Source: Candidatus Marinacidobacterium sp.
GTDB lineage: Bacteria; Acidobacteriota; Vicinamibacteria; Marinacidobacterales; Marinacidobacteraceae
Length of the DNA: 64,000 nucleotides
Direction of reading: 5' to 3'
Assembly: GCA_965250045.1 (NCBI GenBank)
Contig: OZ252286.1
Coordinates: 2,870,317-2,934,316 of the forward strand
Under the pieces are notes generated by a model that was not told the DNA's origin, did no database searches, and saw only the letters and a list, made by a program, of their open reading frames with translations. Every line of letters begins with the position of its first letter. The stretch's first letter is position 1. Below, piece by piece: positions 29,901 through 35,773 of the stretch. Made by a program: the position numbers and the translations under genes.

Positions 29901-30290
29901 AGGGGCGGTGAACGTTCGGAGTCCCGCCGCCACGTTGGCCGGGTTGTTCAAGGTATATAATGTATTGCCCCCCGGATCGCCCGATCCGTCGTCACCCCTC
30001 ACCGTTACCGTCAGGGTTCCGCTACCCGAAGCCACGCCTACGCCCAATTCGATACTTGTCAAGGAGTAGCCCAGTGTATTCTGGCCCGTGGTGAACCCCT
30101 GAGCATGGTCACTGGGATTTACGGGTGTCTGACCGGCGTTAGATTGGCCCGTATTGCTCACGAGCACGGTCTGGGCGTGCGCTGGCGCCGGAAAGCCAAG
30201 CATCAGCATCGCGGCGGCGAGGAATAAGCCGATGATTCTCAGCCGCGGGTCTTTCCTCCGCATCACGCCCTGAATATCCGAGCGGTCCAA
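23925..30290 (-). CDS. Giant (2121 aa) autotransporter-like surface adhesin: signal peptide, multiple FN3, cadherin-like/Ig-like and Calx-beta domains, C-terminal outer-membrane beta-barrel
   Basis: N-terminal signal RIIGLFLAAAMLMLGFPAPAHA; repeated FN3 units (...TKYQY...TSYTVTGLTNGTQYTFAVRAVNAGGNG...); VNDAPTA/VNDPPEA cadherin-like units; Calx-beta-like blocks. The C-terminal ~600 aa is Gly/aromatic-rich with alternating pattern and ends ...VRMSIPF (terminal Phe). Near-identical intragenic DNA repeats. Confidence 0.7.
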   Translation of the reverse strand: MDRSDIQGVMRRKDPRLRIIGLFLAAAMLMLGFPAPAHAQTVLVSNTGQSNAGQTPVNPSDHAQGFTTGQNTLGYSLTSIELGVGVASGSGTLTVTVRGDDGSGDPGGNTLYTLNNPANVAAGLRTFTAPAGASLSANTQYFVQMVFAPNGSASYPQWDNTTSNLQDSASAIGWSIRNERHARTPGSTGWSSINFSVLQIRVNGQIRAPAAPMNLSATPDDGQVTLSWANPANNTITKYQYRRKTDTGTYSSWADIPNSGDTTTSYTVTGLTNGTQYTFAVRAVNAGGNGAESTVTATPALAPTAPTNLEAEVGDRQIGLTWDDPGDSTIDEYEYSTDGGSFSVISGSDDTTTSYTVTGLTNGTQYTFAVRAVNAGGNGAESTVTATPLWPAPTGLVATAGQGRVTVEWNNGHDDIDDYYIYVYEDGVRRNTIFLPPGSGSTTTRTVYPLTNGTLYAFSVRALNGKESPTVTARPISMPAPENLTATEGDDRQTTLSWSDPDNDTIYKYQISMDGGTTFTDISGSSKSTTTTTVTGLTNGTQYTLAVRGVNWWGYGAASTATATPLWPAPTNLVATPDSSRVFLEWDRNPGITDYRVDISDGNSVDVPAGSGSKTIAAIDSLNNGTEYTFTVLATQDSADSSWPAAVDATPMVVSPAPPTNLTATPSNGQVTLSWDDPGNNTITKYQVSKDGGTTFADISDSGASTTTTTVIGLTNGTQYTFAVRAENASGRGPASTTTATPVNDAPTASHNTVSTDEDTTYTFKVADFGFTSVKSGATLNRLKITALPEQNRGTLSVGGTPITDVRTPRQVAKTGLDAGNLTYTPSANANGAAFATFDFKVNDGAADSELAYTITINVNAVDDSLTGSDKTVSMDEDTTYTFGEADFGFSDVDGATLDHVKITALPGTDRGTLSFNGTDITDLNTAPQVTFSATDEFRYTPPANANGAAFATFDFKVNDGELDSAASYTITINVNAVNDPPEAKADTAETSQDIPIVIGVLENDSDVDAGTILRVVEVGLPGTGPSNGTAEINTNGTTVTYTPKAGFTGTDMFRYAVTDGIVTIDVPVSVAILESGSNANLLNLTVSPGTLTPDFAATTTSYAVAVEASTDSVKVTPTTAEVGATVTVNGSVVASRSASDAIALALGAATSIPVQVTAADGTPTQTYTIKVHRAAARDRAGPTVAITSEAAAPPKVEITSAAAGPVGGAFEVTITFSEAVTGFEQSDIQVTNGTVADFTAVSSSEYRATIEPTVVGQPVVVEVAEDVAEDAASNGNEAAAPFVIATGIVVSYAAESYTATEGGESVTVTVKLSKAGDEELAIPVRVTRPETTEVGDYQVEGLKDWDAEAGTGTLTFGAGATEQTFTIAANHDGDGDDETVELGFGELPEIVLAGEPAVAIVTLEDKGLVELVVSFGQAAYEVQEGEVAEIKVTVSPAADRRLEIPLVVALEGGTTPEDFQEVPSTLVFEEGEREGTISVEVLTDEVSDPGEGIVLSLGVLPEAVSGGELSETRVSFRQRRTAEQFTSSLEAMLAVMGRSMGASAQTAIEGRFERHRQWSRLGSSGGAVSTLQPGRANRAAALGAGESERVGSEGSGGRGAEGSLVEHARGADQAGAARTSAATGSDWNSEHRETGTPVSWLRNVVLGSFENLARAAQSGSAMSSGYGAAPGGRVSGQDRHFGSGFGDARLGPGSGDFSGMRDQELIPGAGTRDAGSAGYSAMVGQALNLSGASFEMSLGESEGETSWVPVMWAQGDLQRFNGDLTRLGMDYGGGLEAAHVGLDLYANDRVLAGLSFMRSWGDLEYTDDGVAGLLESRMNTVHPYVYWQPSARLSVWGIGGLGQGQVEVEEPGRTHDFGAEFRMFAGGVRAVLGGRGSNEWGVRADAFTTQLGTDALADIAAVRGEAQRGRLMLEWVHDAALSAGRSLSLTAEAGGRFDRGDADRGAGMETGFRLGYLDAHSGLDAALYGRVLVVHESDYRDWGAGLQVSWDPGEKQRGLRVSVNSSRGQDGGGRTTLWNNANMVTHPVGMDAAGMGSQSRMESEVAYGGLKALGLPCLLTPYSRLRWAGQGRELAWGTACSLPPRSQLALPLRLEMEATRRKNRTGPTDLAVMVRMSIPF

Positions 30291-30722
30291 TGCGTGACGA
30301 CCCCTACAATGAGCCGTCCGGTCAGGACTTTTCTTCGCAGGTTTGGCGCGTCAACAAAGTTGGGGACCCTCCTTGTTCTGTTTCAGCCATTGTACAGCGT
30401 TGTTGCATGGATCATCCCGAAGGATGCCTTATCATCGTGTTTTTCAACACAGGGGATAACCTTGGATGCCACATAAGTTCAACGTAGCGCGACGGCACAA
30501 GTTTGCTAAGGCGCAGTACCGGGTGTCAAGGGCGGACCAAAACTAGACCAGAGTGGCGGAGGGGAATTCGCTACCACCAACTCCACGAAGCGAAGCTCTT
30601 GCGCCTGATCGTCCTTCAGGATGCCCAAGAACCGCTCGAGCTGTCTGGCGTACGTAATCTGGCTCTCGTTCTCGTACTCGCAGGTCTTGCCGAAATATCG
30701 GGAGGCGAGGCGGTTGGCGATC

Positions 30723-32110
30723 GAGCTATGGTCGAAAGTGGGTGACGTCGGGAGAAAGGGGTGGCGTATCGTGGGAGTAACCAACCTTCCACATCTCCAA
30801 GGAGGAGTGATACGCCATGACGGAGAGTACCGTTGTTTTCCTTCCCTCAGCAGAGGGAGTTGAGGATCCGCTGACGGAGGTTCTGCGAGCGGGAGCCCGC
30901 GAGCTGGTGAGGCACGCGGTGGAGGCGGAGGTGGCGGCGCTGCTGGTGGCGTATGAGGATCACCGGACCGGAGGCGGCCGTCGGCGCGTGGTGCGTCACG
31001 GGCATGGCCCGGAGCGGGCGATCCTGACGGGGATCGGTCCGGTACCGGTGCGTCGGCCGAAGGTTCGGGACCGGGGTGGCGCGGGAGAGGATCGTGTCCG
31101 GTTCTCTTCGCGGATCCTGCCGCGATTCGCGCGGCGGACGCGCTCGCTGGACGCGGCGCTGCCGACGCTGTATCTGCTGGGAGTATCGAGCGGGGACTTT
31201 GGGGAAGCGCTGTCGGACCTGTTGGGTTGTGGGGCCTCGGGGCTGTCGCCGGGCGTGATCGGCCGTTTGAAGGCGGAGTGGGAGTCGGAACACGAGCGCT
31301 GGCGTCTGCGGGATCTGTCGGACCGGCGGTATGTCTACGTGTGGGCGGACGGGATCTACCTTCAGGGCCGGCTGGAAGACGAAAAGCAGTGCGTTCTGGT
31401 GCTGATCGGGGCGACGCCGGAGGGCAAAAAGGAACTGCTGGGGTTCCAGACGGGGTTCCGGGAGAGCGCCCAGAGTTGGCGGGAACTGCTGGAGGATCTC
31501 AAGGGGCGTGGCCTCCAGATCCCCCCGGAGCTGGCGATCGGGGACGGAGCTCTCGGCTTCTGGAAGGCGCTGGACGAGGTCTTCCCCAAGACCCGCCGCC
31601 AGCGCTGCTGGGTCCACAAGACCGCGAACATACTGAACGCGTTGCCCAAGTCCCGGCACCGGAACGCCAAGCAGGACCTGCATCAGATCTGGATGGCGGA
31701 GGGGCGCGCCGAGGCGGAGCAGGCGATGGACACCTTCGAGGCCAAATACCAGGCCAAGTATGGGAAGGCGGTCACCTGCCTGACCAAGGACCGCGACGCC
31801 CTGCTGGCCTTCTACGACTTCCCGGCCGAGCATTGGCAGCACATCCGGACCACCAACCCCATCGAGAGCGTCTTCGCTACCGTCCGGCATCGGACCGTTC
31901 GTAGCAAGGGATGCCTCTCTCACAAGACCGCACTGGCGATGGTCTTCAAACTGGTCATCGCTGCCAGCAAGACCTGGCGCCGCCTCAACGGCTACGAGCA
32001 GTTGCCCCGGCTCATCCAGGGCGTCAAATTTACCGACGGCATTCAAGCCGACGAAACCGAAACCCGCGCCGCCACCTGATCATGTCGTCACCCACTTTCG
32101 ACCATAGCTC
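30723..32110 (+). mobile_element. IS256-family IS, copy 3 (near-identical to copy 1)
   Basis: Same TIRs; transposase differs from copy 1 at only ~2 residues. Confidence 0.85.
30817..32079 (+). CDS. IS256-family transposase (copy 3)
   Basis: 420 aa, ~99.5% identical to 18087-19349. Confidence 0.85.
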   Translation: MTESTVVFLPSAEGVEDPLTEVLRAGARELVRHAVEAEVAALLVAYEDHRTGGGRRRVVRHGHGPERAILTGIGPVPVRRPKVRDRGGAGEDRVRFSSRILPRFARRTRSLDAALPTLYLLGVSSGDFGEALSDLLGCGASGLSPGVIGRLKAEWESEHERWRLRDLSDRRYVYVWADGIYLQGRLEDEKQCVLVLIGATPEGKKELLGFQTGFRESAQSWRELLEDLKGRGLQIPPELAIGDGALGFWKALDEVFPKTRRQRCWVHKTANILNALPKSRHRNAKQDLHQIWMAEGRAEAEQAMDTFEAKYQAKYGKAVTCLTKDRDALLAFYDFPAEHWQHIRTTNPIESVFATVRHRTVRSKGCLSHKTALAMVFKLVIAASKTWRRLNGYEQLPRLIQGVKFTDGIQADETETRAAT

Positions 32111-32335
32111 TATCGGACGTCGCGAAGGGCCGGCGCGGTTCCAGATTGAGGCTCAATCCTTATCGAAAGTCGCCTTCGCGACGAATCCGGGCGCGCTTAT
32201 CGGATGCCGCGCCAGCGGCTTCGGATAAGCACCGCCTCCTTATCGGACGTCGCGAAGGGGCCTCCGGGGTCCAAAACGTGGCTGCATCCTTATCGAAAGT
32301 CGCCTTCGCGACTTCCGATAAGGATGCTTATGTTA
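32111..32335. repeat. Tandem ~125-bp repeat array (right part)
   Basis: About two further units continuing the array interrupted at 17992. Confidence 0.7.
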
Positions 32336-32379
32336 AATAACGAGGTGCAGAGCCAATCGCCAGCCCAGAACGGCCGCCA

Positions 32380-33282
32380 CTAACCCTCCTCCCGAAACGC
32401 CGTCACGTCGCGATGGAAGACGAAAAGCGAATCCATGTTCCCCGACGGCGATTCGAAGTTGTAGGTTCGCCCGCGGAGCACTTTCACCCCCAGGTTGTTG
32501 TTCAGATAGTCCAGCTCGAAGCGCTCCACCTGTGCGAACGGCAATTGGAACGCATCCTTGTGATCCGTCTGGTAGTCGAACCCCTCGGGCGTCGCAACCA
32601 GCGTCCCTTCGCAGGACCCGAACCGATGTTTGTGTACCGCGGCCACCTTGACGTCCAGTGACGCCACCATGTCGCCGAAGTCCACTCGCACCGGCACCGC
32701 TTTCCTTTCGACCGCCACCCGACGGGAAACGACCTCGTACCCCTCGATGGACACCGTCAGGTTGTACTCCCCGGGCTGAAGATCCGCGATCGTGACCGGG
32801 GTGTTTCCCTTGAAGTTTCGGTCCACAAAGACGTTCGCTCCGGCGATGTCACTCTCCACGACGATGGACCCGAGCATTTCAGTGAGGTTCGCCGCCAGCG
32901 AGCGGATCCGGCCTCCGCGGATGGTGATGGTTGTCTCCAGGGAGTGATATCCCTCTTTTTCCACCCGAACCGGGTACTCGCCGACGCCCAATTCCTCCCA
33001 GGCCCCCGGAACCGTGCCAAGCAAACGGCCGTCCAGGAGAACACTGGCGCCCTCGGTGCCCTCTATCTGCAGGGTGCCGGTGGTGGGCGGCGCCGGGGGT
33101 GGAGGCGGTGGCGCTCTCTCTGCTTCGGGCGCCTTGGGCGGCGGCGCCTCTTCGGCCGGTGCGGTTTCTTCCGCTGGGGCCGCAGACTCCTCGCCTCCAC
33201 CACATCCTGCGAGGGAAGCGAGGCTGGCCAGGAGAGCGAGTGATCGAAAGAAGATGCGCGTCGACTCAGAGCGACGAATCAT
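32380..33282 (-). CDS. PEGA-domain lipoprotein
   Basis: Signal/lipobox LALLASLASLAGCGG; Pro/Ala-rich linker; PEGA-like repeats (LQIEGTEGASVLLDGRLLGTVPG..., ANVFVDRNFKGNTPVTIADLQPGEYNLTV). Confidence 0.6.
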   Translation of the reverse strand: MIRRSESTRIFFRSLALLASLASLAGCGGGEESAAPAEETAPAEEAPPPKAPEAERAPPPPPPAPPTTGTLQIEGTEGASVLLDGRLLGTVPGAWEELGVGEYPVRVEKEGYHSLETTITIRGGRIRSLAANLTEMLGSIVVESDIAGANVFVDRNFKGNTPVTIADLQPGEYNLTVSIEGYEVVSRRVAVERKAVPVRVDFGDMVASLDVKVAAVHKHRFGSCEGTLVATPEGFDYQTDHKDAFQLPFAQVERFELDYLNNNLGVKVLRGRTYNFESPSGNMDSLFVFHRDVTAFREEG

Positions 33283-33784
33283 CCGCAGAGCCTCCCACCT
33301 CACGGTAACCCCGGTCGTAGTAGAGAAGCGGTGCGGCGTCCTCCCGCTCTACCCTGCCCCCGGTCACCCGGCCGATGAACAGCGTGTGATCGCCCTCCGG
33401 GTGGGCGCCGACAGTGCTGCACTCGAGCCAACCGATACAGCCGGAGAGCTGCGGCGGATTCCCAGCCCCGCCGGCTCCCACCGCGGCGGCAAAAGACTCG
33501 CCGAACTGATCGGCCGAGTCGGACCCCGGCTTCGCGAAATGCCCCGAAACGTCAGCCTGATCAGCAGCGAGAAGGTGCACCCGAAACCCCCCGGCGGCGA
33601 TCGCAGAGTGCGCCCGGGCGGAGTTCACGATGGAGACGAGCACCAACGGCGGTTCGAGACTCACCGGAATGAACGAACTGACGGTGATCCCTCTCGGCCC
33701 CCCCGGACCGCTCGCGGTCACAACGGTCACAAGTTGCGGAGCGCGACGCATCAGCGCACGGATCGCCGAGGCCGCGTCGCTCAT
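33266..33784 (-). CDS. Flavin reductase-like (FMN-binding split-barrel) protein
   Basis: 'LVTVVTASGPGGPRGITVSSFIPVSLEPPLVLVSI' flavin reductase domain signature. ATGA overlap with the OsmC stop. Confidence 0.7.
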   Translation of the reverse strand: MSDAASAIRALMRRAPQLVTVVTASGPGGPRGITVSSFIPVSLEPPLVLVSIVNSARAHSAIAAGGFRVHLLAADQADVSGHFAKPGSDSADQFGESFAAAVGAGGAGNPPQLSGCIGWLECSTVGAHPEGDHTLFIGRVTGGRVEREDAAPLLYYDRGYREVGGSADDSSL

Positions 33785-34266
33785 CCAGCTACGCCTGCGT
33801 CGTCCAGTTCCTCGAAATCGGCTGTATAGCTGACGTCCACGGCACCCTTCAGGGTGTTCGCGAGAGGGCAGCCGCGCTCATGGAAACGCAGCGCCCGTTC
33901 CGCTTCTTCGCGTTTGCCGGCTGGCAACGCCACGCGGTACCGAATCCGGATGGCGCGCAGGGCCATGACGCCGCCCTCGTCCACGATGTCGCCTTCGATT
34001 TCTGCCGAGAGCCGGTCCGGCTGACTCGGGATGCCGCGTACTTCGAGCGCCCGCCCGAACGTCCCCACCATTCAACCACCGGTGGCGGCCACCACGTAGT
34101 CAAGGGTCGCCGGCAACTCTTCTGCCGGAGTTACCCCATAGAAGGCGGCGATTCCGCTGTGGACGCCGAAACGGACCGGCTGGTCGAAGTCCTCCAGGAA
34201 GGCCTGCCGGACCGGGCCGGCCTGCTTGACTATCCGGGCGTGGCAGGTATGGACGACTTTGCTCAT
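33781..34266 (-). CDS. OsmC/Ohr-family peroxiredoxin with in-frame TGA 34072-34074 at the peroxidatic Cys position; predicted selenoprotein
   Basis: ORFs 34072-34368 and 33781-34071 are contiguous in the same frame: ...PAEELPATLDYVVAATGG-[TGA]-MVGTFGRALEVRG... The second conserved OsmC Cys is present (ERGCPLANTL). Start taken at MSKVV (34266), overlapping the upstream gene stop. Confidence 0.55.
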
Positions 34267-34808
34267 CGCGACTCTACGAAGATCTCGGAATGGAGCATCT
34301 TCACCGGGGCCCCGGGCTTCGCCGTCGGCAGGGACAGTTCCAGGGTGGTGTTCGTAGGAGCACTGCAAGCGTTGTCCGTGCAGAGCTGGTAGCGGACCAG
34401 CACTTCAGCGTCCGCCGAACGTCCACTCTTGAGGATGGAAGTAACGGGAATGCGGATCGCCACCGTCCCCTCATAGAGATCGTATTCGCCAAGACCGGAA
34501 AGGTCCCGCCGGATCGGGTCGGGATAGAACGGGTGTCCGCTTTCGAAAGCTCCACCCTCGACCAGTTCCACGACCGTGGCGGTGGGGAATGCCTCCTCGG
34601 GTCCGTAGAGGTGATACCCCTCTTCAAGTTCGGCGACCACTGCGACTTCGAAGCTGTCGCCGGGACGCACCGGGGACTGGGAGGCCACCAATTCGAATTT
34701 CGCCGCGTTCTCCCAGTCGGGAATCATCGGCGGTTGGGCGGCGAGGGTGGCAGCAAGACCGCCGGACACGGTCAGGGCGAGACCGGACAGCAGGAGAGGG
34801 TGTTTCAT
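34263..34808 (-). CDS. Periplasmic DsbD N-terminal-domain-like thiol-disulfide relay protein
   Basis: Signal peptide MKHPLLLSGLALTVSGGLAATLAAQ; nDsbD-like beta-sandwich with the 'YQLCTDNAC' Cys pair. Confidence 0.5.
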   Translation of the reverse strand: MKHPLLLSGLALTVSGGLAATLAAQPPMIPDWENAAKFELVASQSPVRPGDSFEVAVVAELEEGYHLYGPEEAFPTATVVELVEGGAFESGHPFYPDPIRRDLSGLGEYDLYEGTVAIRIPVTSILKSGRSADAEVLVRYQLCTDNACSAPTNTTLELSLPTAKPGAPVKMLHSEIFVESR

Positions 34809-34839
34809 GGGTCGAAACTCCTTGGGATTGGACTCGCGG

Positions 34840-35421
34840 TCAGGATCCGGCGAGACGGGAGATCTCGGACAGGATCTCCTTGGGGGAGGTTCGGTCGCGG
34901 TAGTTCACCCACACGTTGACGAACCGAACTACGCCGTCACCATCCACGATGATGGTTGCCGGATGGGGAATTCCTTCCCGTTCCGTGCCGTTGTGGTCCG
35001 GATTGGGGATTCCATATTCGCTGATGACCGGACCTCCGTCCACCATGATGGGGAACGTCCAGGCATTCTTCGAGAGCCACATCAGGGTGTCTCCCACCCC
35101 GTATTTGGAAATGCCGAGCACCGTGGCGCTCTGCGCCTCGAACTGATCCAGGGACTCTTGCAACTCGCCGAGTTGCGCAATGCAGAATGGTCACCAACCG
35201 CCACTGCGGAAGAACTCAAGAACGACCGGCCCTCGCTTCACGAGTTCGGAAAGTCGGTAGGAGGCGCCGTGGGCGTCCTTGAGTTCGAAATCGGGCGCCC
35301 GATCCCCGACCTTCACCGTCGGGATGTCGGTGTCCTGTGCGGATCCGCTGGAAGGGGCGAGGCCCGTGGCCAAGCCGACGACCAGCAATGCAGAGACGGG
35401 AAGTCGAGACATGCGGGCCAT
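34840..35421 (-). CDS. Secreted thioredoxin-fold peroxiredoxin-like (AhpC/TSA-redoxin) protein with in-frame TGA 35191-35193 in the CxxC motif (W-U-P-F-C); predicted selenoprotein
   Basis: ORFs 35191-35421 and 34840-35163 share a frame; read through the TGA gives ...GDRAPDFELKDAHGASYRLSELVKRGPVVLEFFRSGGW-U-PFCIAQLGELQ...PATIIVDGDGVVRF... N-terminal signal peptide. A perfect 7-bp stem hairpin lies 14 nt downstream of the UGA. Confidence 0.6.
35160..35176 (-). promoter_or_regulatory. Candidate bacterial SECIS hairpin downstream of UGA 35191-35193
   Basis: mRNA GCAACUC-GGC-GAGUUGC: perfect 7-bp stem, G-containing apical loop, beginning 14 nt 3' of the UGA. Confidence 0.4.
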
Positions 35422-35507
35422 TTTAGCCCGGCTGTTTCGATGCCAAAGAGACGGCCAAGGCCGAAAGGAACGATTCGTCTCCCACGGGTTTCTTGGTCGA
35501 TCACCGG

Positions 35508-35694
35508 CTAACAGCCTGTGGTGAAACCCACGCGGCGTTCGAGCGGCGATGCATCCCGCCTGAACCGCGCCGCTTTGCGGCGCTCTGCGTTGCGTTTCGG
35601 TCGAAATACACTCGGTATTCCTCCCTCACGCGCCTTGTCAGCCGGGCGCCTCGCCGCTCTCGGCGCTCACCTGGGTTCCACCACAGGCTGCTAA
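35508..35694. repeat. MITE copy b (187 bp) with TIRs and CTAA flanks
   Basis: CTAA-CAGCCTGTGGTG...CACCACAGGCTG-CTAA; the internal sequence is highly similar to copy d. Lies in the promoter region of the Prx-like selenoprotein operon. Confidence 0.8.
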
Positions 35695-35773
35695 CCACGA
35701 TTTGCGGCGCACAACGGGCCGCCCCACCAGCACTGGCCGCCGGCATTCCCCCTCGAGGACCCTGTCGATCTGT

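Larger units (their letters stand above)
17993..32110 (+). mobile_element. 14.1-kb composite transposon / IS-mediated cointegrate: two direct IS256-family copies flanking an adhesin cargo, with 9-bp TSD TATCGGACG
   Basis: The identical 9-mer TATCGGACG sits at 17984-17992 and 32111-32119. Removing 17993-32119 rebuilds a perfect repeat unit of the surrounding tandem array. The terminal IS copies are ~99.5% identical and in direct orientation. Confidence 0.75.
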
